Below, in pieces: positions 18,730-27,593 of a stretch of DNA of 31,983 nt (the stretch's first letter is position 1; each line of letters opens with the position of its first letter). The notes below the pieces were generated by a model. The model saw only the letters and a list, made by a program, of their open reading frames with translations, did not search any database and was not told the DNA's origin. Source of the stretch: Actinomycetota bacterium (GTDB lineage Bacteria; Actinomycetota; Actinomycetes; Nanopelagicales; Nanopelagicaceae); assembly GCA_010032085.1 (NCBI GenBank), contig RGYL01000001.1, forward strand, positions 1-31,983, read 5' to 3'. The position numbers and the translations under genes were made by a program.

Positions 18730-19992
18730 TCATTCCTCAGGCGCGGGATTAGTTGGTGGTTCGCTCTCACTCCGTGCTCGTGCGAGCGCATCGGCTGTGA
18801 GATTGATCTGCCAGTTGCGAGCACCGAAGGAGTGGAGAGACTCAGAAACACTCTTAACTGAATCGGGGGAGTAACTCGTGATTTTTTCCTTGCCTTCGTT
18901 AAAGAGAACTTTTCGAACTATCTCAGGGGAAATTAGATTTTCGAGAGGCATATTAACTTCCTGCGCCTTCACACTCAAGAGCGCACGCGCATGCTGCAGA
19001 TGAATATGGGCAATAGGAAACTTATCTCGCCAGACTCGCGGTGGCGGAATGGACTCCCCGCGTGCACGCATTTCCGGCCAAAGCGATTGATCCATCTCAT
19101 ATACACCCTGCAGTATTTGCCACCAGCGAGGAAGGTGGGATCTTTGAATCTCGTTACGGATCTTCTCCTTCATAATTGGTAGAGCTAAAAATGCTTCATA
19201 GCTTTCTGGTTTATGTTTTGCTAAATCAATTAGGACGGCATCAGAGAGCAATCTTCCCGGTGCTAAATCTATTGATTTAGCTAATTCATCACGCGCATTC
19301 CAGAGCTCACGAATGATTGCAAGTTCAAAACGAGATTTGATTTGGTGCATCCCAGAAGTGCGTCGCCATGGATCTCTACGAACTTTGTTAGCGGTGAAAG
19401 TTAGTGCTGAGCTAAATTCTTCTTTCGCCCAATCTAATTTACCTCCCTCTAAAAGGAGAGCTTCGACCTTATCGCGAATATCAAGTAATACTTCTACATC
19501 AAGCGCCGCGTAATCAAGCCATTCGGGGCGAAGTGGCCGGATAGACCAATCAACAGCGCTATGTTCTTTAGCGATCTGAACGCCAAGTAAGTTCTCACAT
19601 AAAGATGCAAGTCCCACCCGCTCGCAACCGGCAATTCTGGCTCCTAATTCAGTATCAAAGAGGATTTTTGGAACTACACCAAATTCACGCAGGCACTCCA
19701 AATCTTGACTGCTGGCATGGATAACAGATTCAGTATTCGCCAAGAGCAGATTTAGTCTCTCTACTTCTTCCGCTCCAGCCAGAGCAATCGGATCGATCAG
19801 GTGTAGTCCACCTTCGCGTCGGAATAGTTGTATTAGATAAGCCCTAGCGCTGTAGCGAAAGCCGCTGGCCCGCTCGGCATCAATTGCAATTGGCCCAATT
19901 CCAAGTGCAAGTTTTTCTATGGCCGATGAGAACTCAGCCTTCGATTCAATTACCGCCGGGGTTCCACCCGTCGGTGCGCTCAAAATCTCCAT
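18730..19992 (-). CDS. rnd: Ribonuclease D (DEDD 3'-5' exonuclease plus HRDC domain)
   Basis: AIDAERASGFRYSARAYLIQ, HASSQDL, FDTELGAR, DWSIRPL...YAALDVE, PWRRTSG. Confidence 0.92.
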   Translation of the reverse strand: MEILSAPTGGTPAVIESKAEFSSAIEKLALGIGPIAIDAERASGFRYSARAYLIQLFRREGGLHLIDPIALAGAEEVERLNLLLANTESVIHASSQDLECLREFGVVPKILFDTELGARIAGCERVGLASLCENLLGVQIAKEHSAVDWSIRPLRPEWLDYAALDVEVLLDIRDKVEALLLEGGKLDWAKEEFSSALTFTANKVRRDPWRRTSGMHQIKSRFELAIIRELWNARDELAKSIDLAPGRLLSDAVLIDLAKHKPESYEAFLALPIMKEKIRNEIQRSHLPRWWQILQGVYEMDQSLWPEMRARGESIPPPRVWRDKFPIAHIHLQHARALLSVKAQEVNMPLENLISPEIVRKVLFNEGKEKITSYSPDSVKSVSESLHSFGARNWQINLTADALARARSESEPPTNPAPEE

Positions 19993-19995
19993 CGA

Positions 19996-20571
19996 TTAGC
20001 GACGCGTATTTAGCGCACTTACTCCTTCGGCGATCGGAGTTAAGCCAGATACCGTCTCAATCATCCTGGTCCAGGCATTTAAGTGATCCATTAATTTTGC
20101 TGAATTAGAGGGAGTCCAAGAAGCTCTGATTTCAATCTCAGAAGATTGGTCTTGCTCTGAAAGCTGTCCATATGATGCACTTGAAACTTTTGTTACCGTG
20201 CCACTAGTTGCCAGATAACTTGCTCCAACCGAATCTAGTGATTCGCCCACCCAAGACCAGGCCACATCCGTCAGCAATGGGTCGGATTGGAGATCTTCTT
20301 CAATAGCAGAACGGATAAAGGTAATTGCTCTGAATTTACCTTCCCATGCTTCTTGACCAGCCGGGTCGTGGAGTAAGACAAAGCGACCGGTAGCTACATC
20401 GTCTCCTCTAACTTCTACATCGACCGAGAATGCGACTGCATGTGGCGCAAGACGCTGCGGCGCCGGAACTTCCTCAAAAGTTATCTCTACTCGCGTTTTA
20501 AACGCTCGCGCATCAGCACAGAATTTTTCGAAGAGAATCTGATCTCGCTGCGATTGCGAATTCTCTGCCAT
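19996..20571 (-). CDS. DUF3000 family protein
   Basis: EEVPAPQRLAPHAVA, ATGRFVLLHDPAGQEAWEG, EIEIRASWTP; conserved partner gene of actinobacterial RNase D. Confidence 0.9.
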   Translation of the reverse strand: MAENSQSQRDQILFEKFCADARAFKTRVEITFEEVPAPQRLAPHAVAFSVDVEVRGDDVATGRFVLLHDPAGQEAWEGKFRAITFIRSAIEEDLQSDPLLTDVAWSWVGESLDSVGASYLATSGTVTKVSSASYGQLSEQDQSSEIEIRASWTPSNSAKLMDHLNAWTRMIETVSGLTPIAEGVSALNTRR

Positions 20572-20633
20572 GAGACAAGGGTAGAAGAGGGGCGCAGTCC
20601 GCTTCGGAAGGCGCGAGCAGATAGGCTAAATCC

Positions 20634-21485
20634 ATGGGTTCGCTACTTGGATTGTTATCAAGTTTGCTCTGGGGAACAGCCGATTATCTGGCGGGAAACC
20701 TCTCAAAGAAGTACCGGGCACTTGCCGTCACTGGAGTTTCCCAATTCTTCGGTCTGCTTTTTGGTGTCAGCGTCATATTGATCGGAACCCAATTTGGCTC
20801 ACCATTTATAAGGCCCACTCTTGAATGGGATGGTTACTTTGTTGCTGGAGTGATTGCTGGAATCTCCGGATTCATAGGTTTACTTGCGTTTTACTCTGGT
20901 TTAGCAACGGGTCGAATGGGAGTTGTCAGCCCCATAAGCTCTCTTTCGGTTTTGATTCCTCTATCGGTTGCATACGCCCAAGGAGAGCGAGCCAGCGGGA
21001 TTCAAACAATCGGAATAACAGTTGCGCTTCTCGGAGCATTTCTAGCAAGTGGCCCAGAAATTAAAGGCGGCCTTCCGGTAAAGCCCTTAATTTTTGCGGT
21101 TATTGCCGCATTTGGTTTCGGTGGAGCGCTTACTTTCATCGCTATTGGCGCAAAGATTGATTCCATGCACACGATGACTTCAATGCGTGTAGCTTCAGTT
21201 GCAATTTGTATTTTAATTGCAATTGCTTTTCGTACTATCGGCGGTTTTCCAGTCAAGATGTTTCCGCTCTTAATTTTTATTGGTATTGCAGATTTTCTTG
21301 CAAATTTCCTATTAGGAGTTGCAACCACAAAAGGACTAGTCTCAATTGCGCTTGTTCTTGGGTCACTTTTTCCCATCGTGACCGCGCTGCTCGCATTTAA
21401 ATTCCTAAATGAGCGGCTTCATAAGGTGCAATATTTAGGAATTTTCTTTGCCATTCTCGGAGTCTGTTTTATCGCCGCTGGTTAA
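20634..21485 (+). CDS. EamA/DMT family transporter
   Basis: About 10 Gly-rich TM helices; LWGTADYLAG, GRMGVVSPIS, SLFPIVTALLA...LNERL. Confidence 0.87.
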   Translation: MGSLLGLLSSLLWGTADYLAGNLSKKYRALAVTGVSQFFGLLFGVSVILIGTQFGSPFIRPTLEWDGYFVAGVIAGISGFIGLLAFYSGLATGRMGVVSPISSLSVLIPLSVAYAQGERASGIQTIGITVALLGAFLASGPEIKGGLPVKPLIFAVIAAFGFGGALTFIAIGAKIDSMHTMTSMRVASVAICILIAIAFRTIGGFPVKMFPLLIFIGIADFLANFLLGVATTKGLVSIALVLGSLFPIVTALLAFKFLNERLHKVQYLGIFFAILGVCFIAAG

Positions 21486-21969
21486 TCCGCTCCCATGTTT
21501 GAAAGCATTCGCCTCCATCATTGGATTCACTTACAACTTTGTACTTTAGTTTCAATTCAGTTTCACTAAAGAAATTGTCATCGCCTAATTTGCTGGACCT
21601 GGTGAGGAAAAACTCATCAAGTAAGGCGTCTTTAATCAACTCAGATAAGAAGTGAACGCCACCTTCGACCAATAGCTTTTTGAAGCCATCTTCTCGAGCT
21701 TTTTCAATTAACTCAGCGGGCGAAAGATTTAAGAACTTAGACTTTCCAACTTCATTTTGAACTCCTCTAGTTGAGATGTAAAGCGGAAGAGGGCATTTGG
21801 AGTAGGGCTCGCTACGGTAAGTGGAGCCACCGATAAGGATGACCTCTGCCTTTTGGCGCAATAGGTGGAATCTCGCTCTATCGGCTGGGCTTGAGAGGCC
21901 CCGGGAAGAACCTGCCAATGTGCTCATTCCATTACTACCGATAACTAGATTCGCCATAACTTTTGACAC
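21469..21969 (-). CDS. RibD C-terminal / dihydrofolate-reductase-like protein
   Basis: SSRGLSSPADRARFHLLR, ILIGGST, LLVEGG motifs; GTG start with TACCGT 6 nt upstream. Confidence 0.8.
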   Translation of the reverse strand: MSKVMANLVIGSNGMSTLAGSSRGLSSPADRARFHLLRQKAEVILIGGSTYRSEPYSKCPLPLYISTRGVQNEVGKSKFLNLSPAELIEKAREDGFKKLLVEGGVHFLSELIKDALLDEFFLTRSSKLGDDNFFSETELKLKYKVVSESNDGGECFQTWERINQRR

Positions 21970-21972
21970 GCC
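21965..21972 (+). promoter_or_regulatory. GACACGCC motif (WhiA-type GACAC core), candidate site upstream of the Cys-rich protein/NlpC-P60 genes
   Basis: Second copy of the 8-mer at 2035-2042; it overlaps the GTG start of the divergent RibD-like gene. Confidence 0.35.
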
Positions 21973-22025
21973 TCAACGGTACTGGGCTGGCTGGGATGTC
22001 AGTGGCCACATCTACCTTCTGCTCC

Positions 22026-22232
22026 ATGATCATTGATTGCGATACCTGCACCATGAGAGATATAGCCTGCGGAGATTGTGTGGTCACTATATTGATTGGC
22101 CCACCCTCTAACTCGAGCCTTGAGGCTGAGGAGGCCCGGGTGATTGATTTACTCGCCTCGAGAGGGATGATTCCACCGCTTAGATACGAAAATATTCAAG
22201 ATTCACAGGAATCCAAGCGCCGTTCAGGTTGA
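22026..22232 (+). CDS. Small conserved actinobacterial Cys-rich protein (CxxC-x6-CxxC), function unknown
   Basis: MIIDCDTCTMRDIACGDCVVT...GMIPPLRY; start reassigned to ATG 22026 (TACCTT 7 nt upstream); sits upstream of NlpC/P60 as in other actinobacteria. Confidence 0.8.
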   Translation: MIIDCDTCTMRDIACGDCVVTILIGPPSNSSLEAEEARVIDLLASRGMIPPLRYENIQDSQESKRRSG

Positions 22233-22264
22233 GCAATAAGTGAGTCCGCAGTTAGCCTAAACCG

Positions 22265-23281
22265 ATGTTGAAGGCGCGCTTTGGCTTAGTGGCGTTGATT
22301 TCACTTGCCCTTATTGGATTAGTCACTCCATCAATAAATGCCGCCCCAAGTGCAGACCTCCTTCGGGTCCGTCAAGAAGTAGAACAACTCCAAGATGATG
22401 CCGCCGAAGCGGGCGAAAATGCCCAGGCTGCAAAAGTTCAACTACAGAGATTGCGCTCACAATTAAGCGCCGTCCAGCAAGAGGCCGATTCTCAGAAAGC
22501 TGTAGTTGAGAAGATTAGAAATTCGCTAGCCACAATTGCTGTCGCGAGATACAAATCAACAGGCTTAGGTGAGGGAGTTGAATTACTTTTCTCCTCTGAC
22601 CCCTCACTTTATTTATCATCTGCTGGCTCACTCGAGAATATAACGCGCAAGCAAGCAACTCAATTGCGAAAATTCGCAACTGCCAAGCAACGTCTAGATG
22701 CAACCACACTCACAGTCGCAGATAAATTGCGTTTAGTACAAGCAGCCGAAGCTCGATATCGCGCTCAAGCGGCTCAAGTTAAATCCAAATTGGAGGCCGC
22801 CGAGAAGCTTCTTTCAAAATTAGAGGCAAAAGATCGAGAGCGGCTGCGCAAGATTCAAGAGATGGATGCTGCTGAACGCGAGGCGTACTCACGGGAGCAG
22901 GCAAAACTCGCTAACACCGTTTCGGGAAGAGCAGGACTTGCACTTCGTTATGCCGTTAAGCAGATTGGTGATAACTATGTTTGGGGCGCTGCTGGCCCAA
23001 TCAGATGGGATTGTTCCGGTCTTACTATGCGGGCCTTCGAACAGGCCGGGGTGAGGTTGCCTCACTCTTCACGTGCTCAATACAACTATGGTCGCTCCAT
23101 CGCCCGCAGCAATCTTCTTCCAGGTGATTTAGTTTTCTTTGGAACTCCAATCTCGCATGTGGGCATCTATATTGGTAAGGGCAAGATGGTTCATGCACCT
23201 CGTCCCGGCGCTCGCGTACAAATTGTTGAATTTGGAAATTATTTTGGCAAGAAAAGGTATATCGGAGCGCGCCGCCTCTAA
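22265..23281 (+). CDS. Secreted NlpC/P60 peptidoglycan endopeptidase with coiled-coil domain (RipC-like)
   Basis: Signal peptide, long coiled coil, then YVWGAAGP..WDCSGLT, PGDLVFF, HVGIY...MVHAP catalytic motifs. Confidence 0.93.
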   Translation: MLKARFGLVALISLALIGLVTPSINAAPSADLLRVRQEVEQLQDDAAEAGENAQAAKVQLQRLRSQLSAVQQEADSQKAVVEKIRNSLATIAVARYKSTGLGEGVELLFSSDPSLYLSSAGSLENITRKQATQLRKFATAKQRLDATTLTVADKLRLVQAAEARYRAQAAQVKSKLEAAEKLLSKLEAKDRERLRKIQEMDAAEREAYSREQAKLANTVSGRAGLALRYAVKQIGDNYVWGAAGPIRWDCSGLTMRAFEQAGVRLPHSSRAQYNYGRSIARSNLLPGDLVFFGTPISHVGIYIGKGKMVHAPRPGARVQIVEFGNYFGKKRYIGARRL

Positions 23282-23297
23282 CGGCTAGAGTTATCGC

Positions 23298-24401
23298 TTG
23301 CCCAAAATACTTCTCCTGACAAATGACTTCGGTCCTCGCGCCGGCGGGATTGAGACCTTCATTATTGGCTTACTTGAGCGGCTACCAAAAGGTGAAGTTC
23401 TCGTCTATACCTCAAAGCAAAGTGAAACGGTCGAATACGATCGGAATTGGTTAGATGATTTTGGCGTAGAAGTTTTCCGCGATAAAGCGAAGATATTGCT
23501 TCCAACCCCGAGAGTTATTAGGGCGGTCCGCAAGTTGATTAGGGATCGAGATATTGAAGTTATTTGGTTTGGAGCGGCCGCCCCTCTTGCCTTGAGTTCA
23601 AGATGGCTACGGATCCACAAAATTAGGAAATTGGTCGCTCTCACTCATGGCCATGAAGTGTGGTGGTCAAAAATTCCACCCTTCTCATGGTTGATGCGAG
23701 AAATGGCAAGAAATGTCGATCACTTTGGTTATTTAGCTGAATACACCGCTAACGCATTAGCTCGGGTAATTCCTAGGGAAAAACTTAAGAAGATCGCACC
23801 AGGAATAGATATATCGCACTTCATTCCTCATCCCATGGAGCGAGTTCGGCCAACCATAATTTCTGTGGGAAGACTTGTTCACCGTAAAGGCCAAGACCGA
23901 TTAGTCGAAGCGCTACCAGCCATAAAGAGAGTAATTCCTGATGTGGAGTTGGTTTTTGTCGGTGAAGGTCCTCATAGAAAAGAGTTAGACCAGTTAGTAA
24001 AAAAGTTTGGCCTCGAGAGCTCCGTAAGATTTATCGGCCGCGTCAACTACAAGGAGCTGCCAAGATATTTTGCGCTCGGTGATGTTTTCGCAATGCCATC
24101 TCGCGATCGACTCTTTGGGTTAGAGGTAGAGGGGTTGGGAATCGTTTACCTGGAGGCGAGCGCCTGTGGGTTACCGGTAATAGTGGGCAATTCTGGAGGA
24201 GCTCCAGATGCGGTAATTGCAGGCGAGACTGGATTTTTAGTGGATGGAAATAATGTGCCTGAGATAGCAGCTCGCGCGATTGAACTTCTTCAAGATAGTA
24301 ACTTGCGGGCGCGCCTTGGTGGCCGGGGTAGAAATTGGGTGGAATCGGAGTGGAACTGGGATATTTGGTCAGCGCGATTTAACGAGTTACTTCGGCAATA
24401 G
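23298..24401 (+). CDS. GT4 glycosyltransferase, phosphatidylinositol mannosyltransferase PimB'-like
   Basis: TNDFGPRAGGIE, THGHEVWW, VGRLVHRKGQD, EGLGIVYLEASACG; position after NlpC/P60 and near fadD matches the mycobacterial ripC-pimB-fadD15 order. Confidence 0.88.
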   Translation: MPKILLLTNDFGPRAGGIETFIIGLLERLPKGEVLVYTSKQSETVEYDRNWLDDFGVEVFRDKAKILLPTPRVIRAVRKLIRDRDIEVIWFGAAAPLALSSRWLRIHKIRKLVALTHGHEVWWSKIPPFSWLMREMARNVDHFGYLAEYTANALARVIPREKLKKIAPGIDISHFIPHPMERVRPTIISVGRLVHRKGQDRLVEALPAIKRVIPDVELVFVGEGPHRKELDQLVKKFGLESSVRFIGRVNYKELPRYFALGDVFAMPSRDRLFGLEVEGLGIVYLEASACGLPVIVGNSGGAPDAVIAGETGFLVDGNNVPEIAARAIELLQDSNLRARLGGRGRNWVESEWNWDIWSARFNELLRQ

Positions 24402-24965
24402 TCCAGCTGCTCGCGCTGCGTTAATTGCTTTGACTCGATTTGCCACTCCAAGTTTTCGATAGATAGCGGCTAGGTGAGTTTTCACCGTTGCCTCACTTAC
24501 AAAAAGCGCTTTTGCCATCTCAGTTATCGTCATACCGGTAGGCAGAATCTCAAGAATTTCAAGTTCGCGAGCCGTAAGTCCATAATCCTTATTCCTAACT
24601 TGAATTAGATTTGTCGCTCTGCGGACATTAAAGCTAAGTGGCGATTTGCAACTTAGCTCGATTGCTTCAATTAATTGAATTATGGGAGAGCTTTTCTCTA
24701 CAAATGCGCTCGCCCCGGATTGCATGCAAGCATCTATCTGTTCAGCATGGTTTGAAAAGGTAAGTGCAACAATCCCTAGCTTCTGATCGCGCGCCCTTGC
24801 CCAGGCGATTACCTCAAGACCGCTTCCGTCAGGAAGATGGAGATCGACTACTATCGAATTCGGTTTGTGATGCGGAATTTGCACAATAGCTTCACGCTTT
24901 GAAGCTGCTTCACCGACTATTTCGAGGGTTTGATGCCCAACTAGGGCTCTCCTTAAGCCAGTTCT
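24387..24965 (-). pseudogene. NarL/LuxR-family response regulator lacking its first ~12 codons
   Basis: The frame reads RTGLRRALVGHQTLEIVGEAAS...IVVDLHLPDGSG...LTARELEIL...VSEATVKTHLAAIYRKLGV. It is open up to TGA at 24999-25001 with no start codon and no DD motif; the first GTG (24884) is internal to the receiver domain. Confidence 0.7.
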
Positions 24966-25321
24966 AAAATGATTTGCGCTAGCACATTTTCGGTTCGCTC
25001 ATCCAACTTCTCAAGCGGCGAGGAAACCTCGATATCTAGATCTACAAGAAGTTCACGGACCTCTTCAACGGCATCCTTGATTGATAACCGCTCGAGTAGA
25101 TACAACTCATCTCTTAAATCATTTGTTAGATCAATAAGATCTAAGCGGGCCTGGCGGATTAGCCTGCGATTAGTGTTTGATAAATCGGGATCGCCAATTA
25201 CTTCATCAAGCTTGTAACCTAAGGAAATTAACTGCTGCGCCGGCCCATCGTGGAGTCGGCGCGCAAGTTCTAAACGCTCGCTTCTATTACTATCGTCTCT
25301 TTTAGGCAAAGAGTTCGGCAA
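24953..25321 (-). pseudogene. HisKA_3-type histidine kinase fragment with no sensor and no ATPase domain
   Basis: ERLELARRLHDGPAQQL is a HisKA_3 H-box; the ORF stops at QIILELA*, where the HATPase N-box should begin. Start is TTG 25321 or 25309. Confidence 0.68.
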
Positions 25322-27104
25322 TCTCTGCCGAAAACTCTTTATGAACTACGTGACGCTTAACCGATAGTTTTGCTGTTAATTGCCCGCCCGCAATTGTGAA
25401 GTCAACTGGAAGAATCTTGAACTTCCTTATTGACTCCGCCTTACTTACGGCTTTATTAGCTTCATCTACAGCAGTTTGTATGACTGAGATTAAGTCAGGA
25501 TCGTTAACGAGATCTGGAACAGTAGCGCCCTCTTTCTTGTTCGCTACTAACCAAGGCTTAATTGCTTCAGGATCGATGGTCACAAGTGCCGCAATAAAGG
25601 GCTGATTGTCGCCAACAACGATGCATTGGCTTACTAGTGGGTGCGCACGGAGACGATCTTCAAGAACTGCTGGCGCAACATTCTTTCCACCTGATGTGAC
25701 AATCAATTCCTTCTTGCGTCCAACGATGTAAAGAAAACCTTGGTCATCTAGTTTGCCAAGATCACCGGAGCGGAAATATCCATCTTCGGTAAACACTTCT
25801 TTGTTTGCAGCGTCGTTCTGCCAATAGCCTCGCATTACGATCGGCCCCTTAATCAAAACTTCACCATCATCTGCAATTTTGATAGTGGTTCCAGGGATTG
25901 GTCGGCCAACCGAGCCAACGCGATGTGCTGTTGTGAGATTTAGGGTTGCGCCAGCTGTAGTTTCCGTTAATCCATATCCTTCAAGAACACGTACGCCAGC
26001 ACCTCTGAAGAAGTGACCGAGACGTTCCCCAAGCGGCGCTCCGCCAGATATTGCTGCTTCGACTCTTCCACCAAGGGCGTGGCGAATCTTTGAGAAGACC
26101 AACTTGTCGAAGAGCGCATGCTTAGCCTTTAGACCTAGGGGTACTTTGCCCTCATCCTGCGCCTTGCTGTATTCGATCGCAATGGCGGCTGCTTTCCTGA
26201 ATATCGAACCTTTACCAGCGGCGTCAGCTTTTGCTTCTGCGCTGTTGTAAACCTTTTCGAAAATTCGAGGTACTGCAAGTACGAATGTCGGTTTAAATGA
26301 GGCGAGATCGGTAGTTAGACGACCCAGCACATCACCACAGTGCGCTAGATGAAGTCCAGCACGAATTGATCCGATTTGAACCATTCGACCAAAGACGTGA
26401 GCAACGGGGAGGAATAGGAGAGTCGATCCGCCAGGTTTCATAAATAGATCCTTTGCGCCCATCACTACGTTGCTACATTCAGAAAGGAAGTTGCCATGCG
26501 TAAGTTGGACGCCCTTAGGTTTACCGGTAGTACCTGATGTGTAAATCAATGTAGCTAAGGTGTCCGGAGTCAACGCTTCGCGGCGACGATCAATCTCAGT
26601 ATCAGGAATATCTTTTCCAAGATAAGCGAGTTGCGCGAGAACGTTCTCTGTCATCGTCCAACAATTCTTAGTGTAAGCAGGAAGAATCGGAGCCACTAAT
26701 TCTTTGAGTTGTGGTGTTTCTACGATAATTCCAACGGAGTGTGAGTCGGTAAGGATCCAATCAACCTGCTCAGCAGATGATGTTTCATAAATTGGAACAG
26801 TTACTCCACCAGCAAACCAAATCGCAAAATCCAAAATTGTCCACTCATACCTAGTGCGCGCCATGATTGCGACGCGATCACCTATTTCAACGCCAGATGC
26901 AATCAAACCTTTTGCAGTCGCGCGTATCTCCGCTTCCAACTCGCGAGCAGTAACTGGTTGCCAGCCATCGCCAAGAGGTCTTGAGACCATAATTCTTTCT
27001 GGCTCGAACCATGCGCGTTCGGCAACTAAGTTGGTTAGATTCCCAGCGGTGGCTGCAGGCTCTAGCGCTGGTGCGAAGAACTGATTAAGGGTGGCTGTTG
27101 TCAT
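25302..27104 (-). CDS. fadD: Long-chain fatty acid-CoA ligase (FadD15-like)
   Basis: IYTSGTTGKPKG, EGYGLTET, FRSGDLG, GRKKELIVTSGGKNV; start reassigned to ATG 27104. Confidence 0.94.
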   Translation of the reverse strand: MTTATLNQFFAPALEPAATAGNLTNLVAERAWFEPERIMVSRPLGDGWQPVTARELEAEIRATAKGLIASGVEIGDRVAIMARTRYEWTILDFAIWFAGGVTVPIYETSSAEQVDWILTDSHSVGIIVETPQLKELVAPILPAYTKNCWTMTENVLAQLAYLGKDIPDTEIDRRREALTPDTLATLIYTSGTTGKPKGVQLTHGNFLSECSNVVMGAKDLFMKPGGSTLLFLPVAHVFGRMVQIGSIRAGLHLAHCGDVLGRLTTDLASFKPTFVLAVPRIFEKVYNSAEAKADAAGKGSIFRKAAAIAIEYSKAQDEGKVPLGLKAKHALFDKLVFSKIRHALGGRVEAAISGGAPLGERLGHFFRGAGVRVLEGYGLTETTAGATLNLTTAHRVGSVGRPIPGTTIKIADDGEVLIKGPIVMRGYWQNDAANKEVFTEDGYFRSGDLGKLDDQGFLYIVGRKKELIVTSGGKNVAPAVLEDRLRAHPLVSQCIVVGDNQPFIAALVTIDPEAIKPWLVANKKEGATVPDLVNDPDLISVIQTAVDEANKAVSKAESIRKFKILPVDFTIAGGQLTAKLSVKRHVVHKEFSAEIAELFA

Positions 27105-27155
27105 GGCTAAAAAATAGCGGTAGAGGGCTTCTTCGGGAAGAGGTAGCCTCCCGCC

Positions 27156-27593
27156 ATGGCCAATAACTCTTCGAATTCCCAGCAAATTGAAGCCCCTGCC
27201 TCAGAAGTGGCTCAAGTTCTAGTCGATCTAGAAAAGTATCCGACCTGGTCCTCCGCCATAAAGAGCGTTGAGGTAAGTGAGCGAGATGGATCGGGACGGC
27301 CTACTAAAGCGACGGTAAAGATTGAAGCGGGAGTTTTGAAAGATCGGGCCACTTTGAATTATGACTACTCGGATTTTCCCAATTCAATCTCATTCTCGCT
27401 AGAAGAAGCTGATTTGATGACTGAGATGACCGGCAAATACAGCATTGAAGATAACGGCGATGACACCACAAAGGTCACATACGAGTTAAATGTACGAGTT
27501 GCGTTGCCAGTACCTGAGATGATGCGAAAGAAACAAGAGCTGGCAACAATCGATGCTGCGCTTGCTCAACTCAAGAAGAAGTTTGAAGGTTAA
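27156..27593 (+). CDS. SRPBCC/START (polyketide cyclase-like) lipid-binding protein
   Basis: VLVDLEKYPTW, D.SGRP, SFSLEEADLMTEMTGKYSI, TKVTYELNV...P.P; divergent from fadD as in other actinobacteria. Confidence 0.85.
   Translation: MANNSSNSQQIEAPASEVAQVLVDLEKYPTWSSAIKSVEVSERDGSGRPTKATVKIEAGVLKDRATLNYDYSDFPNSISFSLEEADLMTEMTGKYSIEDNGDDTTKVTYELNVRVALPVPEMMRKKQELATIDAALAQLKKKFEG

Noticed and set aside
20596-20610. cUUCGg-containing segments at about 20600 and 18686 (minus strand) as tetraloop hairpins
   Set aside because: Flanking stems are too short or mismatched to be stable.
21963-21968. Perfect TTGACA -35 hexamer
   Set aside because: No TANNNT at 16-19 nt spacing downstream; it overlaps the GACAC motif and a start codon instead.
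2864-27185. Longer ORF-track starts at 2864, 9763, 21963 and 27185
   Set aside because: Three overlap divergent genes and all add non-homologous N-termini; the internal ATGs (2909, 9808, 22026, 27104) fit the TANNNT-N6/7 pattern.
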